A DNA stretch of 64,000 nt from positions 2,714,662 through 2,778,661 of the forward strand of contig OY759724.1 of assembly GCA_963662715.1 (NCBI GenBank), in the 5' to 3' direction. This DNA is from Candidatus Omnitrophota bacterium (GTDB lineage Bacteria; Omnitrophota; Gorgyraeia; Zapsychrales; JANLHA01). Positions within the stretch are counted from its first letter, which is position 1; every line of letters starts with the position of its first letter. Made by a program: the position numbers and the translations under genes. The notes beneath the pieces were generated by a model. It was not told the DNA's origin. It was given only the letters and a program-made list of their open reading frames with translations, and ran no database searches. Of the stretch, positions 1-9,337 are shown in pieces.

Positions 1-34
1 GGACGGTCAGCGCTTTAGCCGCATCCGGGAGCGT

Positions 35-982
35 TTGGCGGAGAAGGAAATGCAGATAAAAACACAGGATGATCAGATGAAAGTTCTTCGGGAGGAGCTG
101 ACGGCTGTCCGTCTGCAATTTGCCGATATGCAGGCGAAAATGAACACGACCGACCAGAAATTAGCCGTGTTAACGAAGGAACTTGCCGGGATGTCCCTGG
201 ATGTTTTGAGCAAAGAAAAACTCATTGAAAAAAGGAACGAGACGATAGAGGATCTGAACGCGCAATTAGAGGAAGCACAGGCACAAATGCAGCTTATTCA
301 GGGCATTATTCAGGAGAAGGATGGCCAGATCACCGAATTTAAGAAACAATTGAATCAGATGAAAGAGCTCGTTGAGACCCGGGAGACATCCGTATTTAAC
401 CAGCCGGAAAGGATCCCGGAAGATATGTATCCTGAGGACGACACGGTTGTTTTCACCGATGAAGCGCAGAATAAACTGGATAGCTTTGAACAGAAACTGG
501 AAGCCCTGACTTTAAAATATCAGACATTAGAAGGCGTTGTCCAGGAAAAGGAGGCGCAGATCGATCAGCTGAACCAACTCGTGGGTGTTTTAGACGGGAA
601 AATTATTTCCTACCGGCAGACAAACACAAAAAAGATCCGGGAACTGAACCAGGTCTACGGAATATTGGAAATTTATAAAGGCCGGTTGGAACAAACATGT
701 GATCTTCTCAAGAAGAAAGAACAGTATATCATAGAAGTTGAACAGCAGCTGCGTGGCCTAGAAAGCCTTTTTGACAAACATTCATTCGATTTAACGGGTG
801 AATCTCTCCCTGCCGAAGAAGAGACGGATGAAGAGGAATACGTTCCCCCCGCAGAGTCTCTGATTCAAGAACCTCCGGAGAAATCTCAAGAGTCTCCTGT
901 CTTTGAAAGTACAAAGCAGCATATTCAGAGTTTGCTTATGAATGCCAGGCCCCTGAATTACAGTATTATTCATTTTGAATAA
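35..982 (+). CDS. Coiled-coil protein with acidic C-terminal tail; reading frame is open back to base 2, so the gene may begin upstream of the window
   Basis: ORF 35..982; heptad-like E/K/Q/L-rich sequence throughout; AAGGA Shine-Dalgarno 4 nt before the ATG at 35; no stop in frame between 2 and 34. Confidence 0.55.
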   Translation: MAEKEMQIKTQDDQMKVLREELTAVRLQFADMQAKMNTTDQKLAVLTKELAGMSLDVLSKEKLIEKRNETIEDLNAQLEEAQAQMQLIQGIIQEKDGQITEFKKQLNQMKELVETRETSVFNQPERIPEDMYPEDDTVVFTDEAQNKLDSFEQKLEALTLKYQTLEGVVQEKEAQIDQLNQLVGVLDGKIISYRQTNTKKIRELNQVYGILEIYKGRLEQTCDLLKKKEQYIIEVEQQLRGLESLFDKHSFDLTGESLPAEEETDEEEYVPPAESLIQEPPEKSQESPVFESTKQHIQSLLMNARPLNYSIIHFE

Positions 983-1003
983 ATCATAACAATATATCTA
1001 CGG

Positions 1004-2494
1004 ATGGAGTTATTTATGAAGAAAGCAGTAACCTGTTGTATTCTTTCTGTATGCCTCTGTTGTGTCATCCCTTCTCAGGGGCATTGCAAGGACCATCGTG
1101 ATTCCGTGGTTAAGATTTTTGTGACTTCAAACAGCATGGATTATTACCGCCCCTGGCAGTCCCGGGGAAGCTATTCATCGACTGGGTCGGGATGCGTCCT
1201 CGAGGGGCAGCGCATTATTACCAATGCGCATGTTGTGGCGGATAATACGTTCATTCAAGTGCGGAAGGAATCAGACCCGACCAAATATACGGCAAAAGTG
1301 GAGGCTGTCGGTCATGACTGTGACTTGGCTATTCTTAAAGTCGACAATCCGGAATTTTTTGCCGGAATTACCCCTCTGCAATTCGGGGAGCTTCCCCAGT
1401 TGCAGGATACCGTCGTTGTCCTCGGTTTCCCGCAGGGAGGAGACAAGTTGTCCATTACGGAGGGTGTGATTTCGAGGATTGAAATAGTCCCTTATGTGCA
1501 GAGCTCCAAAAGACTCCTGGCCGTGCAGATCGATGCGGCCATAAATCCGGGGAATAGCGGCGGGCCGGTTATCAAGGATGGCAAGATTGTCGGCGTGGCC
1601 ATGCAGGCGATGAGCCACAGCCAGAATATCGGGTATATGATCCCGGTGCCGATTATTGAACACTTTCTTGAGGATTTGGAGGATAACGGTGAATACAACG
1701 GGTTCCCCAGCTTGGGCGTGGAATACAATAATACGGAAAGTCCCGCTTTAAGGGATTATTATCGCTTGGAAAAGCAGCATGGGGGCGTTTACATTACAAG
1801 GGTCTTGCCGTTCTCTTCCGCTGACGGGATTTTAGAGGAGGGAGACGTGGTCCTGGAAGTCAACGGCGTTCCTATCGGGATGGACGGGACTTTCGAGTTT
1901 CGCGAGAATGAACGCTTGAGTTTTTCTTACCTCGTGCATAACCAGTATATTGGAAATTCTGTCCCTGTTAAAATTGCCAGAGACGGTAAAATCTTGGAAG
2001 AAACCGTTCGTTTCAAACAATTCGTCGGGATGATCCCTCATCCGCATTATTATGAAAAACCCTCTTATTATATTTACGGAGGATTTGTCTTCACGGTTTT
2101 AAGTACGGATTTGTTGCGTTCCTGGGGAAAGCAATGGTGGGAAAAAGCTCCTTTGGTTTTTCTTAATCATTTTATGGGCAATGGCCGGTTGAATTTGGAG
2201 CGGAAAAAGGAGGTCGTTGTCCTTTTGCAGGTTCTGCCGGACGATATCAATATCGGTTATCATGATATGAGCAACGAGGTGATCGAGAAGGTCAACGGGA
2301 AAGAGTTTTCTTCTTTCAGGGAATTTATTGAGATAATCGCCAATACAAAACCACCTGTTACTTTTATCGAGACAGGCCTGCATCACCACATTATTATTAA
2401 CAATAACGAAATAAATCAGATTACCCGGAACATTATAGAACGTAACAATATCCCGGCGCAGTTTTCTGAAGATGTCGCTGGCTGGTTGCCGTGA
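1004..2494 (+). CDS. HtrA/DegP-like trypsin-fold serine protease with C-terminal PDZ domain, signal peptide
   Basis: Catalytic triad contexts TNAHVV (His), DCDLAILKV (Asp) and GNSGGPV (Ser); PDZ-like GVYITRV...GDVVLEVNGVPIG; hydrophobic Cys-rich N-terminus. Confidence 0.8.
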   Translation: MELFMKKAVTCCILSVCLCCVIPSQGHCKDHRDSVVKIFVTSNSMDYYRPWQSRGSYSSTGSGCVLEGQRIITNAHVVADNTFIQVRKESDPTKYTAKVEAVGHDCDLAILKVDNPEFFAGITPLQFGELPQLQDTVVVLGFPQGGDKLSITEGVISRIEIVPYVQSSKRLLAVQIDAAINPGNSGGPVIKDGKIVGVAMQAMSHSQNIGYMIPVPIIEHFLEDLEDNGEYNGFPSLGVEYNNTESPALRDYYRLEKQHGGVYITRVLPFSSADGILEEGDVVLEVNGVPIGMDGTFEFRENERLSFSYLVHNQYIGNSVPVKIARDGKILEETVRFKQFVGMIPHPHYYEKPSYYIYGGFVFTVLSTDLLRSWGKQWWEKAPLVFLNHFMGNGRLNLERKKEVVVLLQVLPDDINIGYHDMSNEVIEKVNGKEFSSFREFIEIIANTKPPVTFIETGLHHHIIINNNEINQITRNIIERNNIPAQFSEDVAGWLP

Positions 2495-2715
2495 TTTCCG
2501 GAGCTATACGTAAAATTTTTTCATATCCTTAGCCTGTTGACCGGTTTTTCCGGCAGATCTAATTCGCCGGGGGCAGGTCTCTTTTTCTTCTTTTTTCGCT
2601 TCTTACATCCCCTGTATTCTGCTGAAATTTTTTAAGGACGTATCTCCCTGTAATATAAATATTTATAGAATAGAAATTTCTGTACTTTAGCTTATATTTT
2701 TAGTAAAATATTGCT

Positions 2716-4101
2716 ATGAGGAAAATAAAATATGGCATTTTTTTGCAGATTTTGGCGGTTTTTTTAGTTCTTGTCTTTTGCTGGGATCAGAAATTATACG
2801 CTGCGGTGACGTTAAGCGTTTCTCCTGATGAGGGAGGGAATAGCCTGCGGTTCGGTAGGGTCGATACGTTCTCCTCCGTAGACAAGGAAGTCCGGATCCG
2901 GGTGACCGGCAGTGAAGGCAATCAGTATCAGGTTTTTCAGAGAATGATGGCTCCTTTGGTCAATGAGAAAGGCGAATCTCTTGACCGTTCAGTGATATTG
3001 ACCGGCGGGTTGTTAGGGTCGAATGCCCGGGGGAGTCTGTATATCCAGGACGTAGAACAGTTGGGTTTTTCGGATCAGCAGGTTTATTCCTCTGATCAGG
3101 CGGGCACGGCGGATTCATTTGTGCTTCTTTACCGGGTCGATCCATCGGCGATTTCTGCAACAGGCTCTTTTCAGGGGCAGCTCCTTTATACTGTCCGGCC
3201 TATCGGAGGGAGCAGTTTTGACGAAGTTGTTCTTACTTTGACCCTGGATGCCGGAGGTGATTTGAAAATTGAGGCCCAGGGGCCGGACGGCTCCGACCGG
3301 GTAAGGTTGACGACGGCCGAACGACATATTCAGGACAGTGCTTTTTCTGTTTCCTTTTCCAGTAATATCGGGGGAAGCAAGATCCGTATCTATCAGGAGG
3401 TGGAATCGTTGCCCCGAGATGAACTTCTGCAGCCCGTAGAGGAAGGTTTGGTCCAGTATCTGGCGCTGGGAGGGGAAAACGGGGATATTCAGCAGGCCAG
3501 TTCTGCTGCCCTGCGTCCGGGAAGGGAGCTTTTGTATGAAAGTACGGCGACTCATGATACCGTTGATGTCTTTTTCAGCGTGAATGCAGATGTGGTGCAG
3601 GAATATAAGGCCGGGGATTATGAAGGCAGCATTCGTTATATTATCGAAAGCCGTAACGGGGAGCAGACCGTGGATTGCGTGCTGGCTTTAAATGTAGCGT
3701 CTGTCTTTGAACTGAATGTTGAATATCCTCAGGAAGGAATGAGTTTCCGGGGGGCTTTGGAGTCCGATCCCCCGCAGGTACGGGAAGTGCAGGTAACAGT
3801 GAAATCCAACCTGGGCAAACCTTATGTTATTAACCAGCTGATTCAAGCCCCGTTAACCAATGAAAAAGGCGTTGAATTTTCCCATGAATTTTTTACTATG
3901 AAAGAGGAGGTTCTGGACGGGGACGGGCATATCCCGCATGATGATTTTTCACCAGTTGGCATCGGTGAGGTTCCTTTGTACGTTTCTGATGACCAGGGGT
4001 CATCCGCAGAGTTGAAAATAAGCTATCGTATGAAGCCTTACCATTTTATGCAAGCTGGAAGTTATAAACTGCAAGTTGTTTATTCTTTAGGCGCTATTTA
4101 A
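2716..4101 (+). CDS. Secreted two-module protein; each module ends in an SCPU/Csu-pilin-like C-terminal strand motif
   Basis: Signal peptide; internal duplication (QVFQRMMAPLVNEKGESLDRSV ~ VINQLIQAPLTNEKGVEFSHEF); module ends GSFQGQLLYTV and AGSYKLQVVYSL; N-terminal AAVTLSVSP resembles a donor strand. Confidence 0.45.
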   Translation: MRKIKYGIFLQILAVFLVLVFCWDQKLYAAVTLSVSPDEGGNSLRFGRVDTFSSVDKEVRIRVTGSEGNQYQVFQRMMAPLVNEKGESLDRSVILTGGLLGSNARGSLYIQDVEQLGFSDQQVYSSDQAGTADSFVLLYRVDPSAISATGSFQGQLLYTVRPIGGSSFDEVVLTLTLDAGGDLKIEAQGPDGSDRVRLTTAERHIQDSAFSVSFSSNIGGSKIRIYQEVESLPRDELLQPVEEGLVQYLALGGENGDIQQASSAALRPGRELLYESTATHDTVDVFFSVNADVVQEYKAGDYEGSIRYIIESRNGEQTVDCVLALNVASVFELNVEYPQEGMSFRGALESDPPQVREVQVTVKSNLGKPYVINQLIQAPLTNEKGVEFSHEFFTMKEEVLDGDGHIPHDDFSPVGIGEVPLYVSDDQGSSAELKISYRMKPYHFMQAGSYKLQVVYSLGAI

Positions 4102-4128
4102 CTGTTTTCCTGAAAGGAGGGAAATGAA

Positions 4129-4773
4129 ATGCGAAAATTGATTTGGTTAGCGATTTTTCTTGCCGGAGCCATGATGTGTTTGAGCCCGGCCGTCTACGCG
4201 CAAACAAGTTCTGCGGCGTATGATATCTCTGTCACCATTGATAATGCCAGTACAGCCACGTTTGTGGTCTATCAGATAGATGCCGGTGTTTTCACGGCCT
4301 GGACAGACACGACGCTGTCATTCAATCCGGTCCTGACCGATGTCAGAGAAGACCCGGCCGACCCGCCTGCCTATGCCTATTTAGGGGATGTGTATTATGC
4401 CATCGATGTTTTCCCGTACGGGGCAGGGGCCTTGAACGTAACACTGTCCTACAGCAATGCTGATCCGGCTTATGATCTGGGTGTGCATGCCATCGGAACT
4501 CCGGTTTCGAATGATGATAATGGAACACCAACGATTTATACTGACGATACTGAGACTCCGGTAGGGGTTAAAGCAATCCTGAACAGTATTGCTCAGACAA
4601 TATATGCCTCCGATATCCTCGCTAACGGGGATTACTTGCGTTTTTACGTCGGTTTGGCCACGGGTGATCCCACTGAGAATGAACCGTCCGGCGCTGTCCC
4701 GTTTAATCCCGGTGATACCCCTGGTCATTATGAAGGCACGTTAACAATGACAGTGGCAGCACCTGGGCCATAG
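4129..4773 (+). CDS. Secreted candidate fimbrial subunit (Csu/SCPU-like C-terminal motif)
   Basis: Strong RBS AAGGAGGG; signal peptide ending AVYA; C-terminus PGHYEGTLTMTVAAP resembles the CsuA/B terminus GDYKDTLLVTVNF. Confidence 0.45.
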   Translation: MRKLIWLAIFLAGAMMCLSPAVYAQTSSAAYDISVTIDNASTATFVVYQIDAGVFTAWTDTTLSFNPVLTDVREDPADPPAYAYLGDVYYAIDVFPYGAGALNVTLSYSNADPAYDLGVHAIGTPVSNDDNGTPTIYTDDTETPVGVKAILNSIAQTIYASDILANGDYLRFYVGLATGDPTENEPSGAVPFNPGDTPGHYEGTLTMTVAAPGP

Positions 4774-4793
4774 TCAGATCTTGAAAATTATTT

Positions 4794-4829
4794 TATTATG
4801 CGGGCAAGGGATTCCTTGCCCGCATAATA
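4794..4829 (+). terminator. Perfect 16-bp inverted repeat (hairpin, 4-nt loop) between subunit gene and downstream assembly genes; candidate attenuator or mRNA-stabilising stem-loop
   Basis: tATTATGCGGGCAAGG gatt CCTTGCCCGCATAATa read directly; no canonical U-tract follows. Confidence 0.45.
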
Positions 4830-4842
4830 TGTCCTGTGATAT

Positions 4843-5655
4843 ATGAAAAATTTTTATCTGGTATTACTATTTATTTGTATTTTTTATGGGGGGATCCCGT
4901 CTCCGGCGGAAGCCCAACTGGTCCTGCAGAAGAGTGTCGTCCAACACGATATCCCGAAGGGCGGGACTGTCGTTGATTCTTTTGATGTCACTAACAGCAC
5001 CAACAAGCCTTTAGGGATAAAATTGTACTGGCAGGATTTTATTTATAAAGCTCCTTACGACAAGGGGGCAAAAGATTTTATGCCGGCGGGGACATCCGAT
5101 TATTCCTGTGCGGATATGGTGACCTTCAGCCCCACAAATCTGACGTTGCCGCCGTTCGGCAAGGAGAATATCAAATATTCTTTCAAAACCCCTGAAGATT
5201 TCCAGGGGGGCTGTGATGGCGTGCTCTTTTTTGAAATGGACCGGGATGTCAGTAAGGCCAAAATGGGCATGAGTTTTGTGACGCGTATCGGGGCGCTGTT
5301 TTTCCTGGAATCAACGGATAAAGATAAAACGGCTGATGTGAAAGATTTTTCTTTCGATCAGGCCCGTCTGCAGGGGTCCTTTCATAATCAGGGGAATATT
5401 GTTCTTTTCCCCAAAGGCATTTATTATATTCTCAATGAGGACGGTCTGGTGGAGGACCGGGGCGAGGTGAACAAGCTTTATATCCCTCCCGGCGCCAGAG
5501 CCGACTTTCATTTTTCTGTGCCGGAAGCGTTGGATGCCGGGACCTATACGGTTGTCCTGACGTTCGATCTTGACGGCGGGGACAGTATTGTTAAAGAAGC
5601 TGATTTCACGAAAAGTCCTGCCGGGGCTTTTCGTCTTATCGCCACAAGGGATTGA
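4843..5655 (+). CDS. Secreted protein with PapD-like periplasmic chaperone motif and Csu-like C-terminal strand
   Basis: Signal peptide; VTNSTNKPLGIKLYWQDF resembles the PapD N-domain N..NK.P.L.Q.W motif; C-terminal DAGTYTVVLTF. Confidence 0.4.
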   Translation: MKNFYLVLLFICIFYGGIPSPAEAQLVLQKSVVQHDIPKGGTVVDSFDVTNSTNKPLGIKLYWQDFIYKAPYDKGAKDFMPAGTSDYSCADMVTFSPTNLTLPPFGKENIKYSFKTPEDFQGGCDGVLFFEMDRDVSKAKMGMSFVTRIGALFFLESTDKDKTADVKDFSFDQARLQGSFHNQGNIVLFPKGIYYILNEDGLVEDRGEVNKLYIPPGARADFHFSVPEALDAGTYTVVLTFDLDGGDSIVKEADFTKSPAGAFRLIATRD

Positions 5656-5818
5656 TGGTTTTTGCGTAAAATATATAAGATAAGGTGGTGAATGTATTTC
5701 TGTGTTTCGATTTCACGTCCAAGTTCCATGTTCATTGCCGTAATGCGCTGAGCGTGAAATTGATGCTTGCTCACAAAGTAGAATATTATGCACAGGAGCC
5801 GCAGAATAGCCGTCGGGT

Positions 5819-8554
5819 ATGACAAAACTTTCGTTGGGGATTCTTATAGCCGCATTATTAGCTGTCTTTTTTTGCGGAACAAGCTATGCAGACTCGGAGA
5901 CAGATTACCATTATTACATGGTCCTGGGGATCAGAGCTTTTGATAAAGGTTTCTATGATAAAGCGATTTGGTATTTTGAAGAAGCCCAGGCTGTAGACCC
6001 TACCAAAAGCACTCCTTTAAAATATATCAAGCTTATTAAACGGTTCAAGGAAGGCCGTTTGTCTGTTGTTCAGCCGCCCGTTCGGCAGAAAAAAGGGGCG
6101 CCCACACCCGTTGCGCAGGAAAAGTCCGTCATTGAACAGCACCTTGCGACATCCCGAAAAATGATCGAAGCTAAAGACATGGTCCTGCAGCCTAAGGAGG
6201 CTGAAGTTCTTGTCCTGAATGATCAGTTCTGGTCTCTGCAGCCTAACCTGGAACTGGAAATTGAAACGAACAAGGTTTATGTTTTTCAGGGACAAAATGT
6301 CAAACGTTTTTTAAGTGTCAAAGAAGGCGTGCTGGATGTCGACCGTCTTGATAAGGACCGTATCAGCATATCAGCCAAGAACCGCGCATCGACATTTTTC
6401 CATGTCTGGGACGACCGCGGACGCTGGACTTTTCATGTCCAGGGGAAGCTCCCGGTTCTTTATCAGAATACCCGGGCTCAACAGTTTAAGGATACAGGGA
6501 TGGAAGACAATCCTCCTTTAAAGATAGCTTATTCTAATAACTGGGGGGCTATTTATCGGGGCAACAGTATTCCGGACATGGAACGTTCGAGTTTGACATT
6601 TACCCAGTGGGTCGGGACACACGGAAGAATCCCATACGGAAACTTTGATGCCTCCATGAATTTTTACAAATATGCAGAATCCACGGAAAGAATCGGTGAA
6701 CGGATGGGCTTGGGGGACGGACGCATCGGCCCGTTTAAGGATTTTAATATACGCGGCTTTGATACCGAAGTCTATTTGTCGGATTTCTCCGTGCCGGGGC
6801 GAAGCTTCCGAGGGGTGCGGTTTGACAGTTACGCATTTAACCGGAGATTGAATTATACATTATTTCAGGGGCAGGACAGGGCCCAGTTCCTTTTTATCAG
6901 CCCTTCCATTCTGGATGTCCGTAAGACCTATATTGAAGGCGCCAGTGCCACCTTGTTCCCGGACAGTGACCATAACTACACGATTAATTACGCCCGGGGC
7001 TACGGAGACTACCGGGATAACTTTTTGAAAAATAAAGCATTTTCTGCTGAAACCGAACATAAGTTTTATAATTTAAAGGTCTCCGGGGAAGTGGGGTACG
7101 ATGAAGACGTCTATAGCGAAGTTATACGGACAGAATTTAAAAGATATAATCACACTCTGAATGTGAATGTCCGCGATATTCATAAGGATTATGTTACCGT
7201 TGTCGGACGCCCTTCCGGCCGGGGGGAAGCCGGCGGGAATATCCGTTATAATTTGAAACTGGAAAAGACGCGTTTTAATTCCAACCTCGACGTTTACCGG
7301 AACCGCTATCTGAACAACCCTGAACAGGACGGGGTGAATTTTGACTGGAACGGCTCCATGAATCATACCTTGTCTTCCAGCTCTTCCTGGTCCGCGGCAG
7401 CATTTGTCTCCTATACGCCGCAGCTTGTTTCCCCGCATCAAAGCATGAGCCTGACAAACTATTATCATAAAAGGTTCCCTTTCCTCTACGGTCAGGCCAT
7501 GTCGATGTCTTTGGGGCATTCTTTCCAGAGAAATCGTTATGAAGAATCTCCCTTCGCGGAATTTGACCGCAACACGTTATCGGCGGGCTTTAGAATCCCG
7601 CTGTTCCCGGACGTGGGTTTTTTTGCCAATTATGATTACTCTTTTGTCCATAATATCCAGGAAGACCTGCAGACTTATCCCCAGGTCTTCACAGCCGGCG
7701 TGGACTATAATAAAACCCTGTATAATCATGTCATCGGCCGGTGGAGCCTCCGTTATCGTAATGAGGAAAATGCCACCGGTCAGTTCAGTTTTTTATCGGG
7801 AGAAGATTCGATCCGGGGAACAGTGGGCCTCAGTTACCGCCCGAATCCCGGTTTTGAAATTTACCTGGACAGTAATGTCCGCAGTGTCTGGACAGAGGAC
7901 CCGGATAACCCCGCTTTTAATGATGCCGATGTCCGAATCGGTTTTCGCTCCAGTTGGGACACGTTCTTCCATTGGAATCCCACCGGGATTTTCCAGGGAC
8001 GGGTCTTTAATGATAGCAACGGCAATGCCCGGTACGACCCGGGGGAAGAGGGGCTGGCTGACATTGGGGTGAAAGTCGGAGATAAGACCGTTAGGACCAA
8101 CAGCCGGGGAGAGTATTTTGCCACGGTCAGGGCGAAAAAAGTGCGTGTCGCTTTGGATCTGGGATCTTTACCCATGGGATACATCAATTCAGACGGTTTT
8201 ATGCGGGATATTGTCGTGGAACATAGACAGGTTAATGCGGTTGACTTTGGCCTGACCAGCCAGGCCGGGATTTACGGTGTCGTTTATATCGACCGGAACC
8301 TGACCGGAACGCTGGATCAGGGAGATGAGTTTATCGCAAGGGCGAAGATTATCCTTGATGGACAGCATGTCGCGTACAGTGATTTTGAAGGGACATACAG
8401 CTTTGATAACATTAAACCCGGTCAACATGTCATCTCGATCGATATCAATTCTCTTCCGCTCCAATATATCCCGCTTATCAAGCTCAACAATGAGATTGAA
8501 GTCGGGGAAGGGATCACGTATGTTTTTAATATCCCGTTAAAGGAAGGAAAATAA
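5819..8554 (+). CDS. Large outer-membrane protein: TPR-like N-terminus, CpaC/secretin-N-like beta domain, Tyr/Asn/Gly/Arg-rich putative beta-barrel, two C-terminal CarboxypepD_reg-like domains
   Basis: Signal peptide; segment VLVLNDQFWSLQP...RFLSVKEGVLDVDRLDKDRISISAKNRASTFFHVWDD resembles the CpaC N-domain; aromatic-rich alternating beta pattern; C-terminal SNGNARYDPGEEGLADIGVKVGDKTVRTNSRGEYF. Confidence 0.5.
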   Translation: MTKLSLGILIAALLAVFFCGTSYADSETDYHYYMVLGIRAFDKGFYDKAIWYFEEAQAVDPTKSTPLKYIKLIKRFKEGRLSVVQPPVRQKKGAPTPVAQEKSVIEQHLATSRKMIEAKDMVLQPKEAEVLVLNDQFWSLQPNLELEIETNKVYVFQGQNVKRFLSVKEGVLDVDRLDKDRISISAKNRASTFFHVWDDRGRWTFHVQGKLPVLYQNTRAQQFKDTGMEDNPPLKIAYSNNWGAIYRGNSIPDMERSSLTFTQWVGTHGRIPYGNFDASMNFYKYAESTERIGERMGLGDGRIGPFKDFNIRGFDTEVYLSDFSVPGRSFRGVRFDSYAFNRRLNYTLFQGQDRAQFLFISPSILDVRKTYIEGASATLFPDSDHNYTINYARGYGDYRDNFLKNKAFSAETEHKFYNLKVSGEVGYDEDVYSEVIRTEFKRYNHTLNVNVRDIHKDYVTVVGRPSGRGEAGGNIRYNLKLEKTRFNSNLDVYRNRYLNNPEQDGVNFDWNGSMNHTLSSSSSWSAAAFVSYTPQLVSPHQSMSLTNYYHKRFPFLYGQAMSMSLGHSFQRNRYEESPFAEFDRNTLSAGFRIPLFPDVGFFANYDYSFVHNIQEDLQTYPQVFTAGVDYNKTLYNHVIGRWSLRYRNEENATGQFSFLSGEDSIRGTVGLSYRPNPGFEIYLDSNVRSVWTEDPDNPAFNDADVRIGFRSSWDTFFHWNPTGIFQGRVFNDSNGNARYDPGEEGLADIGVKVGDKTVRTNSRGEYFATVRAKKVRVALDLGSLPMGYINSDGFMRDIVVEHRQVNAVDFGLTSQAGIYGVVYIDRNLTGTLDQGDEFIARAKIILDGQHVAYSDFEGTYSFDNIKPGQHVISIDINSLPLQYIPLIKLNNEIEVGEGITYVFNIPLKEGK

Positions 8555-8716
8555 TTGCACAGGGCGCGCTTTCTTTGTTCGTGTGTGGAAGTCTTCATCC
8601 GGGGGTGCGTTCGTAAAATTATGAATCAACAATTTTGTAAATGGTCTTATTCCGGGTTCGGTGATCCGTGAGCCGGTGAAGAAACCGGAGGGGAATTTTT
8701 GGTCCTGCTCTGCGGT

Positions 8717-8977
8717 TTATTTGGCGACGATGGTTTTTCGAATAACCGTGTGCCCGTCTTCCTGTATTTCTTCCGTAAAGACATTGAATTGAGCTTTTAT
8801 CGGCGCGTTATCAACAGTTTCTTCAGACATGTTTTCCATCGGGGCATTAATACCGGGTACGGCCGGTATATAAACGACGATCCTGAAATCCTGGGAGGCC
8901 GTCGCCCCGTAAATATCCTGGCACAGGGATGCGAGGATTATCGCTGTGACCATGCCTAAAAAGTATATATGTTTCAT
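8717..8977 (-). CDS. Small secreted protein (86 aa)
   Basis: Signal peptide MKHIYFLGMVTAIILASLCQDIYGA; AGGGAG-like SD just upstream; the antisense + ORF lacks such features. Confidence 0.35.
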   Translation of the reverse strand: MKHIYFLGMVTAIILASLCQDIYGATASQDFRIVVYIPAVPGINAPMENMSEETVDNAPIKAQFNVFTEEIQEDGHTVIRKTIVAK

Positions 8978-9000
8978 GATGTCTCCCTACAGTTAAAGAA

Positions 9001-9027
9001 AAAGCCCTTCGAAAGATTCGAAGGGCT
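9001..9027. terminator. 11-bp stem / 3-nt loop hairpin flanked by A/T-rich runs; possible bidirectional terminator or 5'-UTR structure
   Basis: aaaGCCCTTCGAA aga TTCGAAGGGCt; T-rich run on the minus side (TTTTTCTTTAAC) and TCATTATTT on the plus side. Confidence 0.3.
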
Positions 9028-9337
9028 CATTATTTACGAAACCGGACGGTTACGGTAGCCAGACAACCATGTCATGCTCCTTATATTTAAGGAAGAGTTA
9101 GGTTCACGGCTTTGCGCCCTATTCTTTCGAATAGTTTACCTTTCTATTTGTCAATAAAAGTATAACATATAAGGAGTTGCCCCTGCCAGTAAGCCTCTTT
9201 TTTGGGAAAGCGTTTTTTCGCCGCATAGAAAAGGATAAAAGTGGCAAACGGCGGGGAATTCCGACTTTCCTGAATGCTTGCGAGGCCGTGGGCGAGATTT
9301 TTTGAAACTTTTCTTTCCAAAATAAAAGGCGCGATGT

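Noticed and set aside
8640-8660. tRNA-like T-arm fragments (GGGTTCGGTGATCC at ~8647 and GATTCGAAGGG at ~9015)
   Set aside because: No matching acceptor or anticodon arm context; the second is part of a simple hairpin. No tRNA could be supported anywhere in the window.
8699-8959. + strand 86-aa ORF antisense to the small secreted-protein gene
   Set aside because: No signal peptide, RBS or recognisable features, whereas the minus-strand ORF has a clear signal peptide and SD; at most one of the two is real.
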